64,000 nucleotides of DNA from an uncultured delta proteobacterium (GTDB lineage Bacteria > Desulfobacterota > RBG-13-43-22), in assembly GCA_963711835.1 (NCBI GenBank), contig CAVQFQ010000016.1, forward strand, positions 1 through 64,000, written 5' to 3'. The notes under the pieces were generated by a model. That model was not told the DNA's origin. It saw only the letters and a program-made list of their open reading frames with translations, and did no database searches. Positions 39,113 to 49,539 of the stretch are shown in pieces. Numbering within the stretch: position 1 is the first letter of the stretch; each line of letters begins with the position of its first letter. The position numbers and the translations under genes were made by a program.

Positions 39113-40972
39113 TCAGGCGAAGAACTTAGCGTGCCAGAGGCCCAGGTTAAACAAGGCCCAGAGGATATGATTGTGATTATGGGTTCGGGCCATATGCTCC
39201 TGAATGAGTTGCCGGATATGGGACCGATTCATATGGTCTTGAATGACCGGGGATTCGTTCAGCACCGTGGTCAAAGGTTGTTTGAGCCCTTCCCGCAACC
39301 AGTTCTTAACCGGAAGGCTATAGCCTTGTTTCCCCCGCCGAACGATTTGATCGGGCAGGAGGCCTTCCAGGGCCTTTCGAAAAATGGCCTTGGTTTGAAA
39401 GCCTTTCAACTTCCAGTTCCCCGGTAAAGAAGCGGCAAATTCTACGAAACGGTGATCCAGAAAAGGAACCCGTATTTCCAGGGCGTGGGCCATGCTCATT
39501 TTGTCCACTTTCATCAAAACCGAGTCCGGCATACTAAAACGCAAATCCAGATAGATTTCCCGATCGATCCGTTTTTCAAAGGAGAGCGGGGGCCGAAGGT
39601 CCCGCAGGGGCGCAAAAGGATCCATCAGGACCTGTTTTTTAAAACGGTCATTATATAAAAGCCGGTCCTGTTCCGGAGAAGAAAAATACTGCCATCTGAG
39701 ATGCCCCCCTTCCCCGGGCAAGTGGGATCCTTCGACAAACCTCTTAATCATGTTGACGGCCCCTTTTTTCTGAGGCCGGTCGGGCAGGCTTTCGACCAAA
39801 GGGTAAATCACTTTTTCCCGGAGGAGGCGGGGCAGCAGGCGGTAATAGGCATCGGCCTTGCTGGCTTTAAAGCGATCGTAACCGGCAAAGATCTCATCCC
39901 CCCCTTCCCCGGAGAGGCAAACCGTTACATGTTTCCTGGCCTCCCGGCAGACCAGGAAAAGGGGCAGGGCCGAGAGATCGGTCATAGGTTCATCCAGGTG
40001 CCAGACGGCTTCCTCCAGATCCTTCAGGGTAACCTCGGGGATCATCAGGACCGTATGCTTTGTTTTAAAGCGTTGAGCCACGATTTCAGCATAAGGGAGT
40101 TCGCTGAAGGAGGGATCGGGATAACCGATGGAGAAGGTCCTCAGGGGATCCACCCCCAATTCACGCATCAAGGCCACCAGGGTGCTGGAATCCAATCCCC
40201 CGGACAAAAAGACCCCCAGAGGGACATCGCTGATCAGGTGCTTCCGCACCGTTTCTTTCAAAAGGCTGCGCATTTCTTCCACGGCCTGGATCGGGCTCAG
40301 GTCGGTCCGTGGGGGCTTCAGGTCCCAATAGGGTTTTTCTTCCAATCCCCTATTGGAGTAGAGGAGGAGATGTCCTGGAGACAGCTTCCGGATCCCTTCA
40401 AACATGGTCAAAGGGCTGGGAACAAATTCATAGCCCAGATAAAAATAAAGGGCCTGCAGATTGACTTGGGGTTTTATCTCCGGGATCTGAAGCAGGGCCT
40501 TTATCTCTGAAGCAAAGGCCAGTTTCCCATCCTGATAATAATAATAAAGCGGTTTGATCCCCAAACGATCCCGGGCCAACAAAAGTTCTTTTTTTACTCC
40601 ATTCCAGAGCCCCAAGGCAAACATGCCCTGTAAATGATCCAGGCAGGCCTCTCCCCATTCCTCATAGCTGTGCAGAATGACCTCGGAATCCGATCGGCTC
40701 CGGAAGCGATGGCCCTTGGAAATTAATTCTTCTCTCAGTTCAATAAAGTTATAAATCTCCCCGTTGAATACCAGCTCCAGGGAACCGTCCTCATTGGTCA
40801 TAGGTTGACGGCCCCGTTCGGAAAGGTCGATGATGGATAAACGACGAAACCCCAGGGTAATCCCCTCGGCAGTAAAAAGGCCTTCCTGGTCCGGGCCCCG
40901 GTGTTTTAAAAGGCGGCAAAGCCTTTCGCCCAGGGTCTGATCCGACCAGTTAAATCCACAAATCCCGCACAC
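39113..40972 (-). CDS. asnB: asparagine synthase-like glutamine amidotransferase
   Basis: MCGICG, HRGPD, RRLSIIDL, FNGEIYN, LSGGLDSS, SGEGGDE, RVPFLD. Confidence 0.93.
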   Translation of the reverse strand: MCGICGFNWSDQTLGERLCRLLKHRGPDQEGLFTAEGITLGFRRLSIIDLSERGRQPMTNEDGSLELVFNGEIYNFIELREELISKGHRFRSRSDSEVILHSYEEWGEACLDHLQGMFALGLWNGVKKELLLARDRLGIKPLYYYYQDGKLAFASEIKALLQIPEIKPQVNLQALYFYLGYEFVPSPLTMFEGIRKLSPGHLLLYSNRGLEEKPYWDLKPPRTDLSPIQAVEEMRSLLKETVRKHLISDVPLGVFLSGGLDSSTLVALMRELGVDPLRTFSIGYPDPSFSELPYAEIVAQRFKTKHTVLMIPEVTLKDLEEAVWHLDEPMTDLSALPLFLVCREARKHVTVCLSGEGGDEIFAGYDRFKASKADAYYRLLPRLLREKVIYPLVESLPDRPQKKGAVNMIKRFVEGSHLPGEGGHLRWQYFSSPEQDRLLYNDRFKKQVLMDPFAPLRDLRPPLSFEKRIDREIYLDLRFSMPDSVLMKVDKMSMAHALEIRVPFLDHRFVEFAASLPGNWKLKGFQTKAIFRKALEGLLPDQIVRRGKQGYSLPVKNWLREGLKQPLTTVLNESPVIQDHMNRSHIRQLIQEHMARTHNHNHILWALFNLGLWHAKFFA

Positions 40973-41172
40973 CTAAGCTATCCTTTTCTGAAATTATTGG
41001 AAGGAAGGGGGCATCGGCAGGCACGATCCCGAGACAACGCTTCTCCTCAAACCAGTTGCAAACTTCCCTTATAAATGACATAGTAGCGATAGTTTTTTAT
41101 AGTTTTATTAGAATTTTTTGTAAAGGTTAAAATTGGATAAGCCCCGACGGTTATTTTGAGAAAACGCCGCTT

Positions 41173-42036
41173 ATGGATCCTGATTTGGAATTTCAGAAAG
41201 AGTTTGCTCCCTCGGACACCTCTCTGATCGTAGCCGATGCCCATGTCCATATCTATGATTGTTATGACCTCAGGGATTTTTTCGATCGGGCCCTCAAAAA
41301 CCTGAAAACGGCCTTTCGGAAAGGAGCGATCCGGACCGGGTTCACCGGCCTGCTTTTTTTGACCGATACCGGAAACCCCTCCTGGTTCGAAAGGCTGTCC
41401 GTAATGGCCCGGGGGGAGAAGGATTCCGGCCCGGCGGGTATGGGGAACTGGGCATTACACCCCACCCGGGAAGACGAATCCCTGTTCGTTGGTCAAAAAC
41501 CCGGGGAAGGGTTTTTTATTATTGCCGGCCGTCAAATAAGAACCGTTGAAAAGTTGGAGCTGCTGGCCCTGGCAACACGGGAAACTTTTCAAGAGGGGCT
41601 GTCCATTGAAGAATTGATCCTGACGGTCAGCCGAAGAGGGGGGATCCCGGTCATCCCCTGGGCCTTTGGGAAATGGTGGGGCCAAAGAGGGAAGACCATC
41701 CGGGCTCTCTTAAAAAAAGGGGGGTTCCCTGGCCTGTTTTTAGGTGACAACAGGAACCGGCTTATAGGCTGGCCCCGTTCCCCTCTTTTTAGAGAAGCCG
41801 AAAAGCAGGGTATCCCCACCCTGCCGGGAAGTGATCCCCTCCCCTACCCGGATGAAGTGAGCTACCCCGGCAGCTTTGGTTTTATGATCCGGGGGTCCGT
41901 CAGCCCGGATTTTCCGGCCAGGGATATTAAAAGAATCCTTGGCGATTTAAAAACGAGTCCGACTCCTTACGGGTCCTCTGACAGCCCCATTCATTTTTTT
42001 TTGAATCAGCTCCGGCTGCGCTTGGCCGCATCCTGA
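41173..42036 (+). CDS. hypothetical PHP-like metal-binding protein
   Basis: DAHVHIY at the N-terminus; GSDPLP near the C-terminus. Confidence 0.65.
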   Translation: MDPDLEFQKEFAPSDTSLIVADAHVHIYDCYDLRDFFDRALKNLKTAFRKGAIRTGFTGLLFLTDTGNPSWFERLSVMARGEKDSGPAGMGNWALHPTREDESLFVGQKPGEGFFIIAGRQIRTVEKLELLALATRETFQEGLSIEELILTVSRRGGIPVIPWAFGKWWGQRGKTIRALLKKGGFPGLFLGDNRNRLIGWPRSPLFREAEKQGIPTLPGSDPLPYPDEVSYPGSFGFMIRGSVSPDFPARDIKRILGDLKTSPTPYGSSDSPIHFFLNQLRLRLAAS

Positions 42037-42066
42037 TTGGACGGCACGCGGCAGGGAACCTCCGGC

Positions 42067-43752
42067 ATGAAAAGAAATCCGAAAAATTTGACCGACCGGG
42101 AATTTGATCTCCTGGTGGTGGGCGGTGGAATCCATGGGGCAGCTATCGCCTGGGAAGCCACCCGCCGCGGCCTGAAGACCGCCTTAATTGAAAAAGGAGA
42201 TTTTGGTCAGGCCACCTCGGCCAACAGTTTGAAAATAATTCATGGCGGCCTGCGCTACCTGCAGCAAGCCGACCTAAGGCGGATTCGCCAATCCATCAAG
42301 GCCAGAAGAAGATTTATGGAATTTGCCCCCCACCTGGTTCATCCTCAACCCTTTCTGATTCCTCTTTTCGGGCATGGCCTCAAGGGTAGAGAGATCATGG
42401 CCCTGGGCCTGGCCCTGAATGATCTGGTTAGCTGGGATCGCAACCAAGGCCTCCAGGAACATAATTTTCTTCCCCGAGGACGGGTCATCCCGCGGGAGGT
42501 CTGTCTGAGCCTCCTCCCGGGGATTACCAAAGAGGGCCTGACCGGCGGGGCCGTCTGGTATGACGGCCTGGTTCAACACACGGAACGATTGACCCTCGAA
42601 TTTATTCTCTCCGCAGCGGACCTTGGGGCAACGGCAGCCAATTATATACTGGCCACAAGCCTTTTGCTCGACCAGGAAACCGTTTGCGGAGTTAAGGCGA
42701 TAGAAGTTTTTTCTCAGACCGAATTCCCTATCCGGGCCGGTATGGTGGTAAATGCCTCCGGCCCCTGGCTGGAAGGCGTCTTTCAGCCCCGGCCCTATCC
42801 CTCTCAGGCCGCTCTCCACTGGGCCAAGGGAATCAATTTGGTCATCAATAAACCCCTTTTTACAACCTATGGGGTCGGCCTTGAAGGGTCCAGGGAAAGG
42901 GGTCTTGGAAAGGCTTTCCCGAAAAAGGGCTCTCGCTTTTTCTTTTTTGTCCCCTGGCATGGGCAGGTTATGATCGGGACCGAATATCATCCCTACCAGG
43001 GGGACCCGGGTGAATGCCGGATAGAAAAGGAAGAGTTGGAGGAATTTCTGGAAGCCGTCAATGACATCTATCCTCCTGCCGGACTGGGCCTGAAAAATAT
43101 TTCCTTTTTCCACTTTGGACTCCTGCCTCTTTCCGAGGGACAATGGGTTGATGAAGGTCATCCCGAACCGGATCGGCAATTTAAGATCTTGGATCATGAA
43201 TCTTTGGCCAAGATAAAAGGATTGATTTCCATTAAAAGCACAAAATATACAACGGCCCCTCTGGTGGCTGAAAAGGTAGTGGACCTCATTCTGGCCAAGG
43301 GGAACCGGCCGGATCGATCCCATTCCCAGCCTGAATCCATTTCTGATTATGATAAAATGAGCCTTGAGAAAGATCTGGGGGGTTTTTTTTCAGGAGCCCA
43401 GGGCCCCTCTCCCGGGGAATTGGCCCACCACCTTTGGGGAAATTACGGTCCCCGGAGTAAGGCCCTGCTCTCCTATGGCCGTCAGGATCCCCAAGCCTTT
43501 CAGGCCATCTCCCCGGACCCTCCGCTTACCAAGGCCGAGGTCATTCATGGAATCAGGGAAGAAATGGCCTTGAAATTATCCGATATAGTCTTCCGGCGAA
43601 CCAGTCTGGCCCGGGCAGGTTGTCCTAAGCGGGAACTTCTTGATCAAGTGGCCCAAATCATGGCCGCCGCCTTGGGCTGGGATGGTCATAAGCAGCATCA
43701 GGAAATCGAAGAGGTTTTAAAAAGCTATGGGCCTTTAAGAGCAGAGGCATGA
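42067..43752 (+). CDS. FAD-dependent glycerol-3-phosphate dehydrogenase-like oxidoreductase
   Basis: VVGGGIHG, ATSANSLKIIHGGLRYL, NASGPW, KYTTA, DIVFRRT. Confidence 0.88.
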   Translation: MKRNPKNLTDREFDLLVVGGGIHGAAIAWEATRRGLKTALIEKGDFGQATSANSLKIIHGGLRYLQQADLRRIRQSIKARRRFMEFAPHLVHPQPFLIPLFGHGLKGREIMALGLALNDLVSWDRNQGLQEHNFLPRGRVIPREVCLSLLPGITKEGLTGGAVWYDGLVQHTERLTLEFILSAADLGATAANYILATSLLLDQETVCGVKAIEVFSQTEFPIRAGMVVNASGPWLEGVFQPRPYPSQAALHWAKGINLVINKPLFTTYGVGLEGSRERGLGKAFPKKGSRFFFFVPWHGQVMIGTEYHPYQGDPGECRIEKEELEEFLEAVNDIYPPAGLGLKNISFFHFGLLPLSEGQWVDEGHPEPDRQFKILDHESLAKIKGLISIKSTKYTTAPLVAEKVVDLILAKGNRPDRSHSQPESISDYDKMSLEKDLGGFFSGAQGPSPGELAHHLWGNYGPRSKALLSYGRQDPQAFQAISPDPPLTKAEVIHGIREEMALKLSDIVFRRTSLARAGCPKRELLDQVAQIMAAALGWDGHKQHQEIEEVLKSYGPLRAEA

Positions 43753-44483
43753 ATAGACCTTCCAGCGCCCCCTTGCCTCCTTTTGCCGATGTTGAAACCT
43801 CCTCGGAGGGCTATGCCCGCCGTTTTTCGGGCGAGGCGGGAAAATTTTTCTTAGAGGTTCAAACCCGAATCACCCTGGAGTTGTTGAAACCTTGGCCGGG
43901 AGCCAGGGTCCTGGATGTCGGAGGCGGGCATGGGCAAATCGCCCCGCCTTTGGTGGAGGCCGGCTATCAAGTGACGGTTGCCGGGAGTACCCCGGCCTGC
44001 CAAGAACGTCTGGCCGGACAGCTTGCTCCCGGATCTTACGCCTTTCAGATTGCCGATCTCCTGGCCCTGCCTTTCGAAGATAAGGCCTTTGATATCGTTC
44101 TGTCTCTCCGGTTGTTGCCCCACGTCGAATCCTGGGGTCTTTTAATTGCCGAACTTAGCCGCCTGGCCGGCCAAGCCGTGATTGTGGATTATCCTGATAT
44201 CCGAAGTGTTAACCTCTTTTCCAGGATCTTTTTCCAGGCCAAAAAGGCCATTGAAAAAAATACCCGGCCCTTTCGCTGTTTCAGCCGCCGGGAGCTCGTC
44301 CGGGAATTTGAAAAAAATGGCTTCAGCCGGCCCCTCTTCCGGCCGGAATTTTTTCTACCCATGGCCCTTCACCGGGCCTTAAGTAAGGGGTCATGGTCAA
44401 AAAGCATGGAATCTTTTTCCCAAAGGATAGGGCTGACCTCCCGGTTGGGTTCACCGGTCATACTCAGGGTAACCCCGAGATAA
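43749..44483 (+). CDS. class I SAM-dependent methyltransferase
   Basis: VLDVGGGHG, LPFEDKAFD. Confidence 0.85.
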   Translation: MNRPSSAPLPPFADVETSSEGYARRFSGEAGKFFLEVQTRITLELLKPWPGARVLDVGGGHGQIAPPLVEAGYQVTVAGSTPACQERLAGQLAPGSYAFQIADLLALPFEDKAFDIVLSLRLLPHVESWGLLIAELSRLAGQAVIVDYPDIRSVNLFSRIFFQAKKAIEKNTRPFRCFSRRELVREFEKNGFSRPLFRPEFFLPMALHRALSKGSWSKSMESFSQRIGLTSRLGSPVILRVTPR

Positions 44484-44487
44484 TGGT

Positions 44488-45658
44488 ATGAAGATTTTAT
44501 TACTGGCCCCCTGCCCTTTCTTTCAAAATCGTGGCACCCCGATCGCCATAAAATTAGTCGTCCAGGTCCTGACCGGCGCGGGGCATTGGATCCACATCCT
44601 GACTTATCCCGAAGGGGAAGCGCTGCCTATTTCCAATAGCCTTATATCAAGAGTCCCGGCCTTACCCGGTATCCGAAACATCAAGCCCGGACCTTCCTGG
44701 AAGAAACTGGTCTATGACCTGGTCATGTTTTTTAAATTGATCGCCATCCTGAGAAAAAACCGTTTCGATGTCATTCATGCCGTGGAAGAATCCGTTTTTA
44801 TGACCCTGGTTTTAAAAAAAATTTTCCGGATCCCCTATGTCTATGATATGGATTCCTCCCTGTCTCAGCAGATTTCAGAAAAATTCAGGATACTGATACC
44901 CCTCCGGTCCGTCATGCACTTTTTTGAAAAAATGGCGGTTCGAGGGAGTGCCGGAACCATTGCCGTTTGTAAAAGTCTGGAGGAGGAAGCCTTACCAATG
45001 CGATCCCCGGCAACTGGTCTGCCGCCTGGAGGATATCACCCTCCTCCCCAGTCGGGCCGGGGTGCTGGAAACCCGGACCAAGCCGGCCTTTCAGGAACCG
45101 GTGATCATGTATGTCGGGAATCTGGAAAAGTACCAGGGGATCGATCTGCTCCTGGAAGGCTTCCAAAAGGCCCTCCCAAAAGCGGGGCAGGCCAAATTGG
45201 TCATCATCGGGGGTGGGGAAACCGAAATGAGGCACTATCAGAAGCAGGTCGTCGAATTGGGTATCGGAGATAAAGTGGCCTTCCTCGGCCCCAAGCCTAT
45301 ATTCGAGCTTAGGGATTGGCTGGCTCAAGCTCAAATCCTGGTCTCTCCCCGGATCCGGGGTAATAATACCCCCATGAAGATATACTCTTATTTGGATTCC
45401 GGGAAACCGGTCCTGGCCACCCGCCTCCCCACCCATACCCAGGTGCTGGATGATGAGATCGCCTACCTGGTACCCCCGACACCGGAGGCCCTGGCTGAGG
45501 GAATGGTGGCCTTGATGGGGGACAGCCTCTTGCGAGAGAAATTGGCTTGCGAGGCCAGGAAACGCGTTCAACAGGAATATTGTTTTGAAGCCTTTCAAAG
45601 AAAATTGGTACAATTCTATGCCCAATTGGAGAAAAAAATAAACTCTCCCGGAAAGTAA
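44488..45658 (+). CDS. GT4 glycosyltransferase (frameshift near 44990)
   Basis: N-terminal PFFQNRGTP...IHAVEE and C-terminal YVGNLEKYQG...TPMKIYSYL are in adjacent frames. Confidence 0.85.
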
Positions 45659-45684
45659 CTAAAATTTTTTGGAGGAGGAAAGAA

Positions 45685-46668
45685 ATGAGGATTTTGGTAA
45701 CCGGGGGCACCGGCTTTACGGGAAAAGCCCTGGTAAGAAGGCTTCTCGATGCCGGTCACCAGGTCGTGGCCCTGGATTTCAAAGAAGGACTTAAGACCGA
45801 GGAACTCCGGCAGTGGGGCGCCGAGGTTATCATCGGCAGTGTCACCGATAAGGAAATTGTCGAAAAATGTATGCCCGGCGTGGAAGTAGTCCACCATTTG
45901 GCGGCGGCCTTTCGAGAGATGAACGTCCCGGACAGCTATTATTATGAAGTCAATGTACAGGGAACCCGAAATGTGCTGGATGCCGCCCTTCGCTGCCGGG
46001 TTAAAAAGTTCATCTATTGCAGCACCTGCGGGGTTCATGGAAACATCGACCACCCGCCGGGCGGGGAAGACGCCCCCATCCAACCGGCCGATTATTACCA
46101 GGCCACCAAATACGAAGCCGAGCCCCTGGTTCAGGATTATTTTAATAAAGGGATGAAGACCGTCATCCTCCGGCCGGCAGCTATCTACGGGCCGGGGGAC
46201 CCGGAACGCTTTTACATGATCTTCAAGCGGGCGGCCCGGGGGACATTCCCCATGTTCGGCAGCGGCCGCACCTTTTATCATCCCCTTTATATAGACAACC
46301 TGATTGACGCCTTTATGCAATCCATGGAAGAGGGCAAAGGGGACGGCCAGGCCTACCTGATTGCCGACGAGGAATTCCTGGAGATCAGGGAACTGGTCCG
46401 CAAGGTGGGAGAAGCCCTGGGTATTAAGGTCAAAATCAAAACTTATCCAATCCTGCCTTTAATCATTGCCGGTCATGTTTGCGAAAAGCTCTGCAAGCCC
46501 TTTAAGATCACGCCTCCCATCTTCCCCAGAAGGGTAGACTGGTACCGCCAGAACCGGGCCTTTAAAATCGACAAGGCCAAAAGGGAATTGGGATACCAAC
46601 CCAAATGGGGGATAGATGAAGGACTCAGGAAAACAGCCGAATGGTATAAAAAAGAAGGGTACCTGTAA
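45685..46668 (+). CDS. NAD-dependent epimerase/dehydratase
   Basis: VTGGTGFTG, YQATK (YxxxK), IYGPGD. Confidence 0.92.
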   Translation: MRILVTGGTGFTGKALVRRLLDAGHQVVALDFKEGLKTEELRQWGAEVIIGSVTDKEIVEKCMPGVEVVHHLAAAFREMNVPDSYYYEVNVQGTRNVLDAALRCRVKKFIYCSTCGVHGNIDHPPGGEDAPIQPADYYQATKYEAEPLVQDYFNKGMKTVILRPAAIYGPGDPERFYMIFKRAARGTFPMFGSGRTFYHPLYIDNLIDAFMQSMEEGKGDGQAYLIADEEFLEIRELVRKVGEALGIKVKIKTYPILPLIIAGHVCEKLCKPFKITPPIFPRRVDWYRQNRAFKIDKAKRELGYQPKWGIDEGLRKTAEWYKKEGYL

Positions 46669-48678
46669 TTGAAGTCCTCTGGGTCGCTTTTCCTTGTTTC
46701 CCTAAGCCTCCTGGCCGTCCTGACGGCCATAGGCCTGCGCCTGGCCTTCTTTAACACCGGGCTGACCCACTTACCAACCTCGGCCGACGAGGCGCAGGTC
46801 GTACTTCAGGCCAAGAACATTTCCCGGGGAGAGGTGCCCCTATTGTTCACGGGAGCACCTTACCAGTTTCCGGTTGAATCGTATCTTTACACCCCCCTGG
46901 AAGGTCTGATGCCCCGAAATGCCTTCGGGGCCCGCTACGGCGCCGTCCTGCTGAATCTTATTTCTCTGTTCTTCTTATTGGTGATCTTCCGGCTGACTTT
47001 TTCCTTCCGCCCGGCCTGGCCGGGGGTCCTGCTGCTCCTGATCCCTTCTTCGTATTGGCTTTTACTGCAGGTGGGATACAGTTTTGTCAATTATAATTCG
47101 GCCCTGGTCCTGGCCCTCTCGTCCCTGCTTCTGGCCTTCCTGACCCGGAAGGAAACCCGGCCAAAGATAGGGGTCTCCGGATTGGCAGGCCTTCTGGGCG
47201 GCCTGGCCTTCAGCAATAATATGCTCATCCTGCCCATGGTCCTGATGGCCGGGGCCTTCCTTTTTTTTGATGAAAATCGGAAGAGGGGACTCAGGTCAAC
47301 CGGCCTCTTCGGGGTCGGGTTGATGATCGGTCTCTGGCCCTACCTGGTTGCCAAATGGCTCATTCCCGGTGCCCACCAGGCTGTCTCCGGGGCCTACTCC
47401 TGGCCGGAGATACTGCCCAGGCTGTGGTCATTGGTACCCAAAAACCTGCCGGTGGTCATGGGGATCACACCCTGTTTTTTCCCTGATTTCAAAGAAACCT
47501 TTACCCTCCTCCCCGGAGCGGCTTTCTTTCTCACGGTCGGTTATTTCCACATCCTGGTCGCCGTCACCCTGATTAGAGTCATCCATCATCTAAGGCACCT
47601 TTTGAGAGAGAAATGGATTTCCCTGGAAGCGGTCGATGTTTTTACCGGGATTTCCTGGCTGGCCCTGCTATTCTTTGCCCTGAGCAGGCGGTCTCACGGG
47701 CACACCTATCGTTACCTCCTCCCCCTGGTCTGGTCCTTCCCTTTTTTACTCGGTTACTTATACCTGAAGGTTTCCAAACGGCTTCGAATTGCGCTGGGCC
47801 TGGCCGCGGTCCTCCTGGCCCTTTTCAATCTGGCCGCAAGTATTGAACTCATGCGCACCTGGTCTAAGCCGGGTTTTGCCTCGGCCCAGGCCGACCTGCC
47901 GGATCTTCGCCCCGCCATCCAATGTTTGGATCGTCTCGGGATCAATCGCTGTTATGCCACCATGTGGCTGGCTTCACGGATGGCCTATGAAACCGATGAG
48001 AGGATCCTCTGCAGCCAGCCCTACAACACCCGCTTTTTCGGCTGGCCCATTCCTTATAAAAAAGAGGTGGATGCTTCCCGGCGAGTGGCCTACGTCTTAA
48101 CCCAAAGCGACCGTTTTACCGCCGGCCGCTTCGAAGCGGACCTGAGGGCCATGGCTGTAAATTCCCGCCGGGAATCTTGCGCTCCCTTTAGCCTGTATTA
48201 TGATTTTCATCCGCAGCAGGAACCCCTCGGCAATCCGGTCCCAAGAAATCAGCTTTCTATTCGGGCCAGCCATAACAGCCGAGAAGCCGCCCGGCTCAAG
48301 GATGGGGAGCGAACCCGGCGCTGGGGCAGCGCCGCCTCCCAGGAAAAGGGCATGTGGCTGGAGATTGCCTTGCCGTCAATCCGGCGACTCAGCGGATTAA
48401 CACTTTATTATAACAAGTACGCCCCTGACCAGGCCCCGGCTTTAAAAGTGCTGGCTCTGAGAAAGGGAGACTGGCGACCTCTCTTGCCAGGGGTACCGGC
48501 CAGACTCGACCCCTTTGTTTTTCTGAACGGCCACCCGGTCTATGGAGACAAAATGGAGACGATTCAATTTCCTCCTACCCAAACCCAGGCCCTGCGTCTT
48601 GAAATTGTCGAACCCAATCCCAGACAGGACTGGAGTATGGTGGAAATCGAACTCTTTCAAGCCCCGGTTGCTCCGTAG
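46669..48678 (+). CDS. GT-C-like membrane protein with C-terminal discoidin-like domain
   Basis: SADEA acidic loop, many TM helices, RYLLP; DGERTRRW...WLEI...WSMVEIE tail. Confidence 0.72.
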   Translation: MKSSGSLFLVSLSLLAVLTAIGLRLAFFNTGLTHLPTSADEAQVVLQAKNISRGEVPLLFTGAPYQFPVESYLYTPLEGLMPRNAFGARYGAVLLNLISLFFLLVIFRLTFSFRPAWPGVLLLLIPSSYWLLLQVGYSFVNYNSALVLALSSLLLAFLTRKETRPKIGVSGLAGLLGGLAFSNNMLILPMVLMAGAFLFFDENRKRGLRSTGLFGVGLMIGLWPYLVAKWLIPGAHQAVSGAYSWPEILPRLWSLVPKNLPVVMGITPCFFPDFKETFTLLPGAAFFLTVGYFHILVAVTLIRVIHHLRHLLREKWISLEAVDVFTGISWLALLFFALSRRSHGHTYRYLLPLVWSFPFLLGYLYLKVSKRLRIALGLAAVLLALFNLAASIELMRTWSKPGFASAQADLPDLRPAIQCLDRLGINRCYATMWLASRMAYETDERILCSQPYNTRFFGWPIPYKKEVDASRRVAYVLTQSDRFTAGRFEADLRAMAVNSRRESCAPFSLYYDFHPQQEPLGNPVPRNQLSIRASHNSREAARLKDGERTRRWGSAASQEKGMWLEIALPSIRRLSGLTLYYNKYAPDQAPALKVLALRKGDWRPLLPGVPARLDPFVFLNGHPVYGDKMETIQFPPTQTQALRLEIVEPNPRQDWSMVEIELFQAPVAP

Positions 48679-48776
48679 CCATCGACCTTTTATTAATTTG
48701 TCTTGATACCTCTCCTTGAGTTAGATATATTTCTTTCGCGAACGATCATCTGATCATAAGGTTTTTATCTGAAGGC

Positions 48777-49508
48777 ATGATGTGTGATAAATGGACAGTG
48801 CTAAGGTGGGGAAATTTACTATTTAAACATGGTTATGGGCTATACCGGCCTCTCTATTTTTTTTATAAGAAAATAAGCGACCATGGCAAAATAGGGCTTT
48901 TAAGAGAACATATTAAACCCGGGATGCGGGTTCTGGATATTGGAGCCAATATCGGTTTTTATACCCGCCTTTTATCCAACCTGGTAGGACCTCAGGGCCG
49001 CGTAGTTTCCTTTGAGCCTGATCCGTTAAATTTCAAGCATTTAAAAGCCGGGTGCGGAGGTTTAGCAAACGTCACCCTTAACCAATTGGCCTGCGGCGAA
49101 AAAACAGGAAAGATTCGTTTGTACTCTTCGGAAGAATTGAATGTGGATCATCAGACCTATGATGGGGGCGAAAGCAGAAAATCCGTTGAGATCGATTGCG
49201 TTTCCATAGACGGCTACTTTAAAAATGCCGAAGGAATCGACTTTGTAAAAATAGATATTCAGGGCTATGATTTTTTTGCCTTGAAAGGGATGCAGGAAAC
49301 CATCAAACGGTCCCGGAAGGTGATCATTTTAGGGGAGCTTTGGCCTTACGGTTTGAAGAACTCGGGGATCCACTACACTGACTATCTGACTCTCTTAAGG
49401 GACCTGGGGTTTGAATTAATCTTTTTTGATAAAAAGGATGCCCTTGATTATCAACAAAAGATCTCGGATAAATTCTTTCATACCGATTTCTGGGGAGTAA
49501 AGGCCTGA
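48777..49508 (+). CDS. FkbM-family methyltransferase
   Basis: LDIGANIGFYT, FEPDP, KIDIQG. Confidence 0.92.
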   Translation: MMCDKWTVLRWGNLLFKHGYGLYRPLYFFYKKISDHGKIGLLREHIKPGMRVLDIGANIGFYTRLLSNLVGPQGRVVSFEPDPLNFKHLKAGCGGLANVTLNQLACGEKTGKIRLYSSEELNVDHQTYDGGESRKSVEIDCVSIDGYFKNAEGIDFVKIDIQGYDFFALKGMQETIKRSRKVIILGELWPYGLKNSGIHYTDYLTLLRDLGFELIFFDKKDALDYQQKISDKFFHTDFWGVKA

Positions 49509-49539
49509 CCTTGACGAATCGGAAAAGAAAAAACTTCTT